Below, piece after piece: positions 30,769 to 39,971 of a DNA stretch of 64,000 bases. A program made the position numbers and the translations under genes. The DNA comes from a virus (taxonomy: Duplodnaviria; Caudoviricetes), in the IMG/VR virus record IMGVR_UViG_3300037454_001182, positions 1-64,000 of that record; one strand, given 5' to 3'. The notes below the pieces were generated by a model, which worked only from the letters and a program-made list of their open reading frames with translations, made no database searches and was not told the DNA's origin. Position 1 is the first letter of the stretch. The number at the start of each line of letters is the position of its first letter.

Positions 30769-31140
30769 TCACACCCAGATTTTACACTGCATTTGGTATC
30801 TGTGAAAGCCCTTTACCTTAAACTCCCTTACCTCTTCACTGTCATAGAATCGGATGCGGATTGTTTCACCGTACTTGAACTCTCGGCAGGTTCTCGGTAG
30901 GTTGTATATGGTGTACTCGTATGGCTCTACCTTTCCGTCTGGAATGGTGATGGTGTTGGCCTTACCTGCTGGCACGATGTCGCACTTGCAGTAGCCATTG
31001 ACCCAGACTGATGAGCCTTTGATGTAATCGCCAGTCTCTTCATCATCGTGGCCGGGAACCACCTCCAGATAATCCAGAGTATGAGCGGCAAAGTCGAGTA
31101 CAGCCATATTACTAACCTCCGATATATACCATCGGCTCAC
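30769..31140 (-). CDS. Head closure protein (putative)
   Basis: Synteny. Confidence 0.5.
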   Translation of the reverse strand: MSRWYISEVSNMAVLDFAAHTLDYLEVVPGHDDEETGDYIKGSSVWVNGYCKCDIVPAGKANTITIPDGKVEPYEYTIYNLPRTCREFKYGETIRIRFYDSEEVREFKVKGFHRYQMQCKIWV

Positions 31141-31435
31141 CGCCTACTGGAGGTTCACCGATGGCTTGGTAAAGTGAATTGATGCGGACTAACAGCCTTT
31201 CCTTATCCTTGTCAGTCAAAGCACTAATGCTCTTGTCTGATTCATGGACGGATGGGGCTTGCAGAAGAGAGTAGAGACAATCAGCCAGAGCACCTTTCCA
31301 CTCGTTGGTTTGGGAAATCTCATAGGTGTATTCACCCTCACCGTCAAGTCTGCGCTCAATGAGTTTATTATCCACAAATCCCACTCCTACGGGATAGTGA
31401 ACCTCATCAATTAGGGCCTGTCTGATTGTTTTCAT
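31112..31435 (-). CDS. Head-tail adaptor (putative)
   Basis: Directly downstream of the capsid gene. Confidence 0.55.
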   Translation of the reverse strand: MKTIRQALIDEVHYPVGVGFVDNKLIERRLDGEGEYTYEISQTNEWKGALADCLYSLLQAPSVHESDKSISALTDKDKERLLVRINSLYQAIGEPPVGGEPMVYIGG

Positions 31436-31449
31436 GCGCTATCCAGAGT

Positions 31450-33033
31450 TTAGGCGTTTGCGGCCTGGTTCACGGTAATGGTAGCGGTCTTAGTGCCGAC
31501 AGTCACGGTAACTGTACCAGTACGAGCAGGTGCGCTTGTCTCGCTGTTGGCAGCAACCTTAACAGTCACGGTGTCACCGTCAATGGTAGGCGTAATCCAT
31601 GCCTGTTCGGTAGTTGCGGTAGCGGTAGCAAGGTTCTCTGTGTCATTGGTGCCGACCTTTACGGTCTTACCTGTGTTGTCAGCGGTCTTGGCGAACTCCA
31701 GAGTGGCAGGTGTCAGAATGGGGAAGTAAACACAGCCTTTCAGCAGTTTCTTCTCATCCTTATCACTCAGACCGTTCACTGCGGTAATCACAGCGGAATC
31801 GGTTGCTGAAGATGCGATGTCAACACCCATAGACTTCAAGCCGCTAATAACGTCAGCCTTGACGTACTTCTTACCATTGATGGTGACGTAGGTATCTTCA
31901 CTGTCTGCGGTCTCAGCCGTAGTGTCAACGGCAGCGGATTTCTCCTCGTTGCAGTCAATGACATAAATCTGGTCAACATCCTCAATGACAGGAAGAACGA
32001 GTGCTTGGCCGGAAGTGAACTCCTGCAAGGGGTCATTCTTCGAGTACTTGGAGATAAGTTTGTACTTGTCAACGGTAGCATACTTGACACCCTCAACAGG
32101 ATTGGTAGCCTCAGCGAGAGTACCCCAGACGAGAGAGCCAACGATGGTGTTGCAGATGAACACGATGCGCTCGTCATTCCAAGGCTTCTCGGAGTGCTGC
32201 TTGCCGTTCTTTTCAAAGACAACGCTACGGTTGATGATTTCGATTTCATAGCCGAACTCATCCTCAAAGGCTTCCATCATGGCTTTCTTTGACGGAGTTT
32301 TCAGCTTATCATCATCATCGTAAATCTTGCCCTCATAGTCGGCAACCATTTCCTGTGCCCAACGGAGGCGACGGATAGCATCGAACCGCTTCTTAGACAT
32401 CAGACACTTAACGATGGTGTTACCATCCTCATTTGCCTTATCGTTGACGTTCTCGAAGTCCTCCTTAGACAACTCACCTTTCTTGATAGTGCCAAAGGTG
32501 TTCTCTTCCAGATAGCCATAGTTGACGCGGAGGCCAGTACCAGTGTTATCTTCGTCCTCAACAAGCACGACACCCTCACAAAGTCCAGTGAGGAAGTTTG
32601 CTTCGTTCTTTTCGTCAATACCAACCGAACAAGCCACACCGTCATTGGTGAGGTTCTGGATGATGCGGAACTTCTCGGCTTTCTTTGCCTCATCCGTGGT
32701 GGCTGTGGCATAGTGAGCCTTCATAATGTTGATGGTGTTGATTTCCGTTTCACGGAGAATCTTTTTCATACCCACCTTGGGCAGCTTACCATTCGAGGTG
32801 GCGAGGCTACCACGTTTCTTGATGGGCAGAGGGGAATCCATTGCCACCATGTCAGCAGCAACGTAAGTGGTCTTGGCACTTGTGCCCTCCCACTTCTGGT
32901 CAGCGGAATACACCTCGCGGAGCATGGTCTTATGCAGGTAGGTACGCTCTTTCGGGTCAACCTTTTCCTTGACATAGAGAGCCAACTTCGGCCAGATGCC
33001 ACTGATGAACTCAATAAAAAGTGATTTCTTCAT
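31450..33033 (-). CDS. Major capsid protein with a C-terminal BACON/Ig-like domain
   Basis: 527 aa; capsid position; C-terminus AWITPTIDGDTVTVKVAANSETSAPARTGTVTVTVGTKTATITVNQA. Confidence 0.8.
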   Translation of the reverse strand: MKKSLFIEFISGIWPKLALYVKEKVDPKERTYLHKTMLREVYSADQKWEGTSAKTTYVAADMVAMDSPLPIKKRGSLATSNGKLPKVGMKKILRETEINTINIMKAHYATATTDEAKKAEKFRIIQNLTNDGVACSVGIDEKNEANFLTGLCEGVVLVEDEDNTGTGLRVNYGYLEENTFGTIKKGELSKEDFENVNDKANEDGNTIVKCLMSKKRFDAIRRLRWAQEMVADYEGKIYDDDDKLKTPSKKAMMEAFEDEFGYEIEIINRSVVFEKNGKQHSEKPWNDERIVFICNTIVGSLVWGTLAEATNPVEGVKYATVDKYKLISKYSKNDPLQEFTSGQALVLPVIEDVDQIYVIDCNEEKSAAVDTTAETADSEDTYVTINGKKYVKADVISGLKSMGVDIASSATDSAVITAVNGLSDKDEKKLLKGCVYFPILTPATLEFAKTADNTGKTVKVGTNDTENLATATATTEQAWITPTIDGDTVTVKVAANSETSAPARTGTVTVTVGTKTATITVNQAANA

Positions 33034-33046
33034 TGTTCTCTACGGT

Positions 33047-33454
33047 TTAATCGTGTTCAAAAATGAGGTTCGGAAGAGCGGCCTTGACTGCTGCACGCTG
33101 TGTAGAATCTGCGAAGTCGTAAGGCATTGCCTTGTCATTCACGCGGCCATCATCCATAATACCGACCATAGGATAGTCGGCAGGCTTAGAGGCTACCACC
33201 ACACCTGCGTACTCATGGTCAGCAGGGAGTGAGGCATACTTTTCACCCGACACAGGCATGGGTTTGTAGGTATAGCTACCGTCCTCATCCAGAGTGCGGA
33301 TAGCAAGGTGTCCGGCCTTAATCGGACCCTCAAACCCTGTCATATCGAGTGTGCAACCACCAGTGATACCACCGTTGTACTGGCGAATGACTACGGAGTC
33401 AATACCTGCAACGACAGCCTGGGGCTCGTTTACGAGATTTGCTTTTGCACCCAT
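33047..33454 (-). CDS. Head decoration protein (putative)
   Basis: 135 aa between scaffold and capsid genes. Confidence 0.55.
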   Translation of the reverse strand: MGAKANLVNEPQAVVAGIDSVVIRQYNGGITGGCTLDMTGFEGPIKAGHLAIRTLDEDGSYTYKPMPVSGEKYASLPADHEYAGVVVASKPADYPMVGIMDDGRVNDKAMPYDFADSTQRAAVKAALPNLIFEHD

Positions 33455-33489
33455 TGTTGTTAGGATTTAATTGTTAGACTTTGGACGAA

Positions 33490-34239
33490 TTAGCCTTTGG
33501 CCAGTTCCTTGACCTCATCATCCGACATTACTTCTTCATCGTCCTTTTTGACCGTGCTGCCGGGCATCGCACCTGCTGGCTTACTGAGGGTTTCCAAACC
33601 CTTATCCAGACGGTCTTGATTCTCGGCTTCCAAATCGGCCTCAACCTCATCGAGGAAATCTTCAAAATCCTCTTCGGTCTTGAACGACATACGAGCGAAA
33701 GACTTCATCACGCGCTCACCGTACTTGCCAGTGTCTTTGACAATAGCCTCCAGACGTGCTTTGCGGCTATCGGCAGTCTTACCACTCTTCAATTCCTCAA
33801 CCTGCCCTTTGAGGCTGTTGATGGTCTCAGTCAGTGGAGAGAGAGCCTTGGCGAGTTGTGCAGCGAGGGAATCATCCTCACCCTTTCCACTCTTGCCTTT
33901 CTTTGAAGATGGACTCTTACGACCCTTTGGAGTGACTGGCTCATCGTCTTGGTCGTCATCATCGTCATCATCATCATCATCGTCAGCATCGAGCGAATCT
34001 TTGTACTGTTGGAAACGGCGGTCTGCGGCAGATTGAGCGAACTGTAACACGTCAATGGCGGCATTAACCTCTTCGTCAATGGCTTTTGTTACATCTTCGT
34101 CACTGGCATCATCTTCGAGGTCAAGTTTATCGGCAACTTTGGCGGCGATACCCTTAATCTCCTTACGGCTGAACCCGAGCGCCTTAATTTCCTTTCTCGT
34201 TTTCAGCACTTCCAGAACTTTTCTAAAATGTCTGTTCAT
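33490..34239 (-). CDS. Capsid scaffolding protein (putative)
   Basis: Acidic helical protein with a poly-Asp tract, upstream of the capsid genes. Confidence 0.65.
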   Translation of the reverse strand: MNRHFRKVLEVLKTRKEIKALGFSRKEIKGIAAKVADKLDLEDDASDEDVTKAIDEEVNAAIDVLQFAQSAADRRFQQYKDSLDADDDDDDDDDDDQDDEPVTPKGRKSPSSKKGKSGKGEDDSLAAQLAKALSPLTETINSLKGQVEELKSGKTADSRKARLEAIVKDTGKYGERVMKSFARMSFKTEEDFEDFLDEVEADLEAENQDRLDKGLETLSKPAGAMPGSTVKKDDEEVMSDDEVKELAKG

Positions 34240-34262
34240 TGTTTTACGGATTTTGGTTTGTT

Positions 34263-34369
34263 AAAAATGGTCTGCGAGTGTGATACAGGCAGACCATCAT
34301 CAGAACCACATCGTAAGAGCAATGTTTTAATCCGAACAGTTCTGTCACGTGCATCTTCACACGCTTTCG
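34263..34369 (-). ncRNA. Candidate sRNA / attenuator leader (sRNA-2) carrying CAUUGCUCUUA
   Basis: Promoter at 34374-34404; terminator-like stem atggtctgc(34267-34275)/gcagaccat(34289-34297) plus U5; seed at 34314-34324. Confidence 0.55.
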
Positions 34370-34373
34370 GTCG

Positions 34374-34406
34374 CAAAGGTACTCAAATTTATTTGAATAA
34401 CAAATA
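34374..34406 (-). promoter_or_regulatory. Late-type promoter (TTTG-N19-TACCTTTG) overlapping a 17-bp operator
   Basis: Bacteroidetes -33/-7 consensus; TATTTGAATAACAAATA at 34390-34406. Confidence 0.75.
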
Positions 34407-34490
34407 ATTTTGTGATTTTTTTGCTAAAAAGTGAGGGTATTCGACAACTTTTGCTGCCAAACACCCTCTGGATGCAATGAAAACAGATAT

Positions 34491-34507
34491 TATTTGTTAT
34501 TCAAATA
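34491..34507. promoter_or_regulatory. Inverted copy of the 17-bp operator
   Basis: TATTTGTTATTCAAATA is the exact reverse complement of 34390-34406. Confidence 0.65.
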
Positions 34508-34686
34508 TCTTCATCCTCATCTTCTGGCTCATCCAAATCTTCGATGTAGCCATCATCGACCAGGACGGAATATAAATCCTGTTTTGCGTTCACGGAAATT
34601 GCATTGAAAACAACGTCCGCAACCTCTTCACTGGCATTCTCATAGAGCCAGTTATATACTGCTTGCTCCTTGGCTTTCGTGAACAT
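34501..34686 (-). CDS. Small acidic hypothetical protein
   Basis: 61-aa ORF at the end of an early-type cassette. Confidence 0.55.
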   Translation of the reverse strand: MFTKAKEQAVYNWLYENASEEVADVVFNAISVNAKQDLYSVLVDDGYIEDLDEPEDEDEDI

Positions 34687-34689
34687 ATA

Positions 34690-35175
34690 TTATAATTTAT
34701 AGAAGTCAATACCCTTTGCCAACAGTTGGCTCTTCAATTCGTCAAACTGGTGCTTATCTATACTGGTGAACAACAGACCCTCTTTTGTCTGGCCGTGAAA
34801 CTTCACATAGGATGGGAAATTCAACTGATTCACGGTCACTGCGTCCTGTTGGTAGAATACGAAATCATGGTCACGCTCAAACATCACCAAAGCCTCTGGA
34901 TGGGCTTGCTTGCTCTTGCAATACTCCCTCAGAATCCTCTCACGTTCTGCAACTCCGGCCATCGTACTGAAGAAAGCACTGACGAACATTCTCTTTACTT
35001 CTGCCTCATTTGCTTCTGGGTAGTCAGTCTTGACAATCAACTGACAATTACCTGCATAGTTTGACCAACTTATTTCAAAGTTATAGTAGGTGGCACCCTC
35101 CATAACTCGTTTGATGCTCTTGCAATCTTGCTCACAGAGATTGCCTAACTCGTTTCCCAAATAGACTTCAATCAT
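34690..35175 (-). CDS. Hypothetical protein with a degenerate MutS domain I-like C-terminus
   Basis: KQAHPEALVMFERDHDFVFYQQDA resembles MutS_I; AAGAGCA-ATG start. Confidence 0.5.
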   Translation of the reverse strand: MIEVYLGNELGNLCEQDCKSIKRVMEGATYYNFEISWSNYAGNCQLIVKTDYPEANEAEVKRMFVSAFFSTMAGVAERERILREYCKSKQAHPEALVMFERDHDFVFYQQDAVTVNQLNFPSYVKFHGQTKEGLLFTSIDKHQFDELKSQLLAKGIDFYKL

Positions 35176-35226
35176 TGCTCTTGATATTAGCGGAGGTGAG
35201 CGGTGAGGCCCACCTCCAGATGAATA

Positions 35227-35949
35227 CTATGCCATAATCTCGATGTCGATACTCTCAACCCTTGCAATCTGGGTGGCTCCCTCGCGGTCAAAGAGATACT
35301 TCTGGAATGCGTCTTTGATTCTCATCACGCTCACACAGCAATACTCTTCACCAACAGGGAAACCATCATGTGAGAGGTCGAAGTTACCAGGCTTCCTGTA
35401 CGACTTGATGCCGTTGGCGTTTGCGGTGGCTCTGGCATCGTTCCAACGCTCATAACCATCACCGTCATTCTTGACGAACATTCTGGTGTTGCGGATGGTA
35501 TGGAAATCACTCTCTTGCTTGAAGTACTCCCGAATCACACAGAACTTGTTGATGATGGAGTGTTCGCTGTCAATGAGCGACTGGATGTGTTCGCGGCTGA
35601 TGTGTCCAGTCTCAGCGGTCACATCAAAAGTGTACGGCTCTTCGGTGGCAGGTTCAGTCTCAGCCTCATCATTGGTAGGCTCTGGCTCATCAACAGGCTC
35701 ATTCTCTGGTTCTGGCTCGATGGCCTCTGGCTCGTTCACTGGTTCCAGATTCTCTTCCGGCTCGATGGCTACCGTGGCATTGGCCTTGGTGCGGTAGTAT
35801 GAGATAAGGGCGGTGAGGCTTCTCTTGCCCTTAACCTCTTCGTACTCCTTGAAGAGTTCAGCGTTAGCACTCAGAGCGGCCTCAAAGGTCATGCTCTCAA
35901 AGTTCACCTTAATCTGGTTCTTAATCTCGTTTACATCTAACTGTTTCAT
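35227..35949 (-). CDS. Hypothetical protein with an acidic EP-rich linker
   Basis: 240 aa; AAGAGCA-ATG start; own promoter. Confidence 0.65.
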   Translation of the reverse strand: MKQLDVNEIKNQIKVNFESMTFEAALSANAELFKEYEEVKGKRSLTALISYYRTKANATVAIEPEENLEPVNEPEAIEPEPENEPVDEPEPTNDEAETEPATEEPYTFDVTAETGHISREHIQSLIDSEHSIINKFCVIREYFKQESDFHTIRNTRMFVKNDGDGYERWNDARATANANGIKSYRKPGNFDLSHDGFPVGEEYCCVSVMRIKDAFQKYLFDREGATQIARVESIDIEIMA

Positions 35950-35990
35950 TGCTCTTAAATTTTAATTGTGAATAATGTTTTTTGTTTAAT

Positions 35991-36072
35991 TTCTATACTG
36001 CAAAGATAGCGTATTTTTCTGAATTATCAAAACGGAAACTCGTTTATTTTCAGCGACTTAACTCTGTTTAAC
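35991..36072 (-). promoter_or_regulatory. Early-type repeated promoter P1
   Basis: -7 TATCTTTG at 36001-36008, -33 TTTG, variant upstream box at 36058-36072. Confidence 0.75.
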
Positions 36073-36309
36073 GTCTTGGCGTTCTCTATATGAGCCTTTC
36101 TTTGTCTCGGCCTTGATTTCGCCATAACTCGCATTACTCTCCCAGACTTTCTCACCATCGTTTATCTCGGTGACGAAATATCCAGTATCACCCAGGAACC
36201 CGACTATTTTCAAAGTCCAGTAGTAGTGACCATGGGAATAAACATCGTAACTCTTGCCGATATAGGACTGCATGATGTTTCTCATTCTTGTGCTGATACC
36301 CTTTTTCAT
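36058..36309 (-). CDS. Hypothetical protein
   Basis: 83 aa; AAGAGCA-ATG start. Confidence 0.6.
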   Translation of the reverse strand: MKKGISTRMRNIMQSYIGKSYDVYSHGHYYWTLKIVGFLGDTGYFVTEINDGEKVWESNASYGEIKAETKKGSYRERQDVKQS

Positions 36310-36329
36310 TGCTCTTACTTGTTTGATGG

Positions 36330-36638
36330 TTACAACTCGATTTCCTCAAATCCGAAACTGTCACAGTAGTAGAACTTATCTTCCAGTTTGATGATGTCAG
36401 AGACGGAAAGGCTGTGACCCTTGAATCCCTCTGGCTTTCTACCGATATTGAACTGATGGAAGATTTGCTCCAGTGTAACATACACATCGTTGGCCTCTTC
36501 AATCTCACCCTCCCATACCTTTTCGTACAGGTCTTTGGTAATCTTCAATCCCAGATGCTCGACCATTTCAAGACTGGAAAACATGATGTAGCGAGAATTT
36601 TCTGCATCGTCTCTTACTTGTAAAATCTGATATTTCAT
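36330..36638 (-). CDS. YodL-like domain protein
   Basis: LEQIFHQFN...GFKGHSLSVSDII...YYCDSFGF. Confidence 0.75.
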   Translation of the reverse strand: MKYQILQVRDDAENSRYIMFSSLEMVEHLGLKITKDLYEKVWEGEIEEANDVYVTLEQIFHQFNIGRKPEGFKGHSLSVSDIIKLEDKFYYCDSFGFEEIEL

Positions 36639-36673
36639 TGCTCTTTTTATTTAATTGGTTATCTTTTATTATT

Positions 36674-36730
36674 GTACTACAAAGATAGCGTTTTTTTCTG
36701 AAAGTACAAAACGAAAAACCAATTATTTTC
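36674..36730 (-). promoter_or_regulatory. Early-type repeated promoter P2
   Basis: -7 TATCTTTG at 36680-36687 and -33 TTTG. Confidence 0.7.
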
Positions 36731-36771
36731 AGCCAGTTATGCCTCAACCAACCATTTTTAACGTATCAAGA

Positions 36772-36798
36772 AAAAAGACAGCCTCAACGCTGCCTTTT
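36772..36798 (-). terminator. Intrinsic terminator of the portal-MuF block
   Basis: AAAAGGCAGC-GTTGAG-GCTGTCTTTTTT on the - strand. Confidence 0.7.
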
Positions 36799-37011
36799 GC
36801 TGTTCTGGTGAAGATTGTGCCAGAAACTTTTGTACTCCATACATTTGTCGTAGGTGACACCGTACCGACTGGCCCAATGCTCTATATCTTCTCTGGAGGC
36901 ATCGAAGCCTACGACCTCCCAAACACACCCTGCGCGGTGTTTTCTGTCAGTCTCAGCATCTACCGTAAACTCGGAGTGCATTTTTGCAGTCAACTCTTCT
37001 TGTAGTTCCAT
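36784..37011 (-). CDS. Small protein downstream of MuF (candidate immunity protein)
   Basis: 75 aa, 17 nt after the MuF stop. Confidence 0.45.
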   Translation of the reverse strand: MELQEELTAKMHSEFTVDAETDRKHRAGCVWEVVGFDASREDIEHWASRYGVTYDKCMEYKSFWHNLHQNSKRQR

Positions 37012-37028
37012 GATGCAAAGGTACGGAT

Positions 37029-38750
37029 TTATTTTGGATAACCAATATATTCTTTCATGTATTTTACTTGTTTCCTGTTCTCGAAGTCTAAAAAGCCCTG
37101 CCAGTGTTCACCTTTCAGCAACTTTTCACCATACGGCATATTAGCCAACAGGTTCATCGGGAACGATTCAGAACCTCTGCCATTGACAAGCGACATGGCT
37201 TCCTCGTATTCCTCTCTGGTGATTCTTGCAGAACTGACAGCCCTTTGGAGTAGATTCTTCACCTCGGATTGAGTGGCACAGAATCCATACTTTGCCCACG
37301 CATAGCCACCGACATCAGCATTAGCCTTTACGTTCACTCTGGCAACCCTCATATCGCCATACTCTGCGAACAGATTGCGGAATATCTCTTTTGAGATACC
37401 TTTGCCCTGCAACTCTTTAGGCAGAAAGAATCTGGAGTGATTCACCTCAACGCCTCTGTCTGTATGTCTGAAATCACGCACCACCTCAACACGACCGCCA
37501 CCCTCAACAACACCGTTATAGGTCATGGCAGCATTGCCATTCTTGAATATGGTAACAGACTTGTCTTTCCAGTAGATGTCTGCGCTATCACCTATCACGG
37601 TCATAGCCTCATCGAATCTGGGTAGGTTGTACCCTCTCAGTGCGGAACCATTGTAGGCTTTAGCGGTGAACCTGCCAAAGTTTGGCAACTGGCCAATATC
37701 ATCTTCTGTAATCTGCCAGTCGGACGGTTTGAGCGCACGATCAATCTGTCTGATATTATCTCGTACCCAATATGGGGACGTACCACGGCTTTGTGCTGTT
37801 TCAATCTTGGTCTGGTTGTCTCGCACATAGTCTTTGAATGATTCTGGCAGTTCCGTTACCTGTTGCTCTTCTGCGGTGGTCTCACCCTCGCGCATCTTCC
37901 AGTAATCATCCTCACTCATTATGATGGGAACAACATAACACAAATCATTGGGGTGCCATCCAGTCCAGACAAAATCTTTCGGGTACTTACCTGCAAGCAT
38001 ATCACATATATCTGGCTTCGGATGGGAGCCGGACAACTTGACCTCATATCCAGTGATGAAGTCAAACTGCTGCCACCTCGTTTGCTCGGCACTACGATAG
38101 GCCATATTGATTTCAGAACGAGCCAGACGGAGTGACCTATACTCACAGTCGGCACAATCGACAGCATGGCCGTACTTCTCTTCATAGTCAGCCTTTAGGG
38201 TGTCAAAGTCATTCAGATACTTACTCAAACGCTTGCTCAGAGTGACAGCACTCATACCCTTTTCAATGGCTGACGATATGGCATACTCCATTTCTTGGAC
38301 GTAGTTCTCTGACTGGTTCCAGATTTTGGCCGACAGGTTCATACCATGCTCAGTGCGGTTCTGGAATGCTCGGAGCGCATCACTATTCGATTGGAAGTAC
38401 ACCCTTTGCTGCTGACCGTCTATCTGTGCATCGTAATACTTCAAGACTTTCTTTGCCAACAAATCTTGCATTATATTACTCTGCTTCCACTCTGCCGATG
38501 TGCCGGAATAGATGAGGCCGCGCATCTGGCCGAAAAACTCAGACTTCAAATCCTCGACCATCTGAGCCACGTCTGGATAGTCAGCAAAGAGGAACGCTGC
38601 CGAACCATCATAGGCCGTAGCCTCAACGATTCTGGCAGTCTGGAGGCACAACTCATCATAAATGCTTTGAACCCTCGCCATGTATTGAGATAAACGAGAG
38701 TTCAAAGCATTGTACGCTTTCTTCTGGTTGGGTGTCTTTGGCTTTCCCAT
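37029..38750 (-). CDS. Head morphogenesis protein (SPP1 gp7/MuF-like) with a C-terminal GNAT-like extension
   Basis: LRLARSEINMAY and WTGWHPNDLC MuF motifs; C-terminal LQGKGIS...VGGYAWAKYGF. Confidence 0.75.
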   Translation of the reverse strand: MGKPKTPNQKKAYNALNSRLSQYMARVQSIYDELCLQTARIVEATAYDGSAAFLFADYPDVAQMVEDLKSEFFGQMRGLIYSGTSAEWKQSNIMQDLLAKKVLKYYDAQIDGQQQRVYFQSNSDALRAFQNRTEHGMNLSAKIWNQSENYVQEMEYAISSAIEKGMSAVTLSKRLSKYLNDFDTLKADYEEKYGHAVDCADCEYRSLRLARSEINMAYRSAEQTRWQQFDFITGYEVKLSGSHPKPDICDMLAGKYPKDFVWTGWHPNDLCYVVPIIMSEDDYWKMREGETTAEEQQVTELPESFKDYVRDNQTKIETAQSRGTSPYWVRDNIRQIDRALKPSDWQITEDDIGQLPNFGRFTAKAYNGSALRGYNLPRFDEAMTVIGDSADIYWKDKSVTIFKNGNAAMTYNGVVEGGGRVEVVRDFRHTDRGVEVNHSRFFLPKELQGKGISKEIFRNLFAEYGDMRVARVNVKANADVGGYAWAKYGFCATQSEVKNLLQRAVSSARITREEYEEAMSLVNGRGSESFPMNLLANMPYGEKLLKGEHWQGFLDFENRKQVKYMKEYIGYPK

Positions 38751-38753
38751 GAG

Positions 38754-39047
38754 TTACCTGCGCTTACGGCTCCCTCTGGCTCTGCGGTCACCTGCAGTAT
38801 CACTCTTGCTGCCTCTGTTGGCAGAAGCGGACTTATATACAAGTCCATGTGAAGTGTGGCTCAAATCCTTACCACTGCGAGAGGATTTGCCATACTTCTT
38901 ATCATGCTCACGGTTAGCCTTGGCCAGTTCGGCACGTTTCTTCTGCTGTGACGGTTTCTTATTAAACTCCGTATCATAGGCAGCTTTTTTCTCACGCGCC
39001 TTGGGATGGGTTCTGTAATACTCTGTGGAACGGCTTGCCATAGTCAC
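38754..39047 (-). CDS. Small basic protein
   Basis: 97 aa, K/R-rich. Confidence 0.6.
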   Translation of the reverse strand: MTMASRSTEYYRTHPKAREKKAAYDTEFNKKPSQQKKRAELAKANREHDKKYGKSSRSGKDLSHTSHGLVYKSASANRGSKSDTAGDRRARGSRKRR

Positions 39048-39057
39048 CTCCTTTCAG

Positions 39058-39717
39058 TTAGGGCCACTCTCCCAGAGGGCAACTAAAGCCAGAACCGTCA
39101 AACACAGGATTCTTGTCTGAGACATCGCCTGTCACCGCATCCACATACAACTGCGCTCGATTATTGCCGAAGATGTATTGAGGATTGGCGTTCTTTGGCC
39201 CTACCTGTTTTCGTAGTACACAATGGCGCGAATGAGGCTTGGGATAGTTGGCAGACATGACCTTTTCGTAGGCTTGTGCGAATGTAATTTTGATGCCTTG
39301 GTCATTCAATGGGAAATCCTCAATCCAGAAGCCGTGATGCTGCTCCATCTGCACGTCTTTCTTAGTGTGCGTAAAGATGATTACCTCAGTATCAGCCCCA
39401 CCAGAATCAAGGTCGGTCACTACCTGGAACACATTAGTCACGGTTTCAACGGCTCCTGTCTGGTTCTCGCCATCAAGGTAATCAGCCAGAACGATGTCTG
39501 TCTCATAGTACCGATAGTCGGAACCGTAGTTGACGAACATGTATTCAAGGTCGGAACTGATAGCGGTAGCCACGTTCAGCACGACATTTCCACTTGCAAC
39601 AGTCTCGGTTGTGGGAACTGATGCCTCCTGCGTTTTCTTTTTGGGGTCGCAAGAGAACAACCCCATGAGCATGACTGCACATAGTGCAAACAGGCTCAGA
39701 CGAAGTAGTTTCTTCAT
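39058..39717 (-). CDS. Lipoprotein of unknown function
   Basis: Signal peptide II MKKLLRLSLFALCAVMLMGLFSC. Confidence 0.7.
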   Translation of the reverse strand: MKKLLRLSLFALCAVMLMGLFSCDPKKKTQEASVPTTETVASGNVVLNVATAISSDLEYMFVNYGSDYRYYETDIVLADYLDGENQTGAVETVTNVFQVVTDLDSGGADTEVIIFTHTKKDVQMEQHHGFWIEDFPLNDQGIKITFAQAYEKVMSANYPKPHSRHCVLRKQVGPKNANPQYIFGNNRAQLYVDAVTGDVSDKNPVFDGSGFSCPLGEWP

Positions 39718-39722
39718 GTTGT

Positions 39723-39971
39723 TTAATTGATTTGGTTTGGAAATATATCACTTTTTGGTTGGAAGTGAATACAACTCTTTTGACTTAGTAGGACACAGAA
39801 TTTCTTGTTAGTGTAGTGAGGGCAACGGCCTAAAGTCGGCTTTCCTTCCAGACTGATTGTGTGGTGCGCTGTCTCATACTCACACAAGGCACAATCACGG
39901 CATTGGTGATTCCCCACCTCCTGTCTCTGCCTCTGGTTCTGGCTCGGTGTCTTGGTCGGCTTTCTTGACAT
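39723..39971 (-). CDS. Small Cys-rich protein
   Basis: CRDCALC...C...C pattern. Confidence 0.5.
   Translation of the reverse strand: MSRKPTKTPSQNQRQRQEVGNHQCRDCALCEYETAHHTISLEGKPTLGRCPHYTNKKFCVLLSQKSCIHFQPKSDIFPNQIN

Noticed and set aside
5656-33033. Stop-codon reassignment as seen in some gut phages
   Set aside because: Very long structural ORFs are intact in the standard code and no suppressor tRNA is evident.
33955-33990. (GAT/GAC)n microsatellite as a phase-variation site
   Set aside because: It is an in-frame trinucleotide poly-Asp tract in the scaffold protein, so length changes keep the frame.
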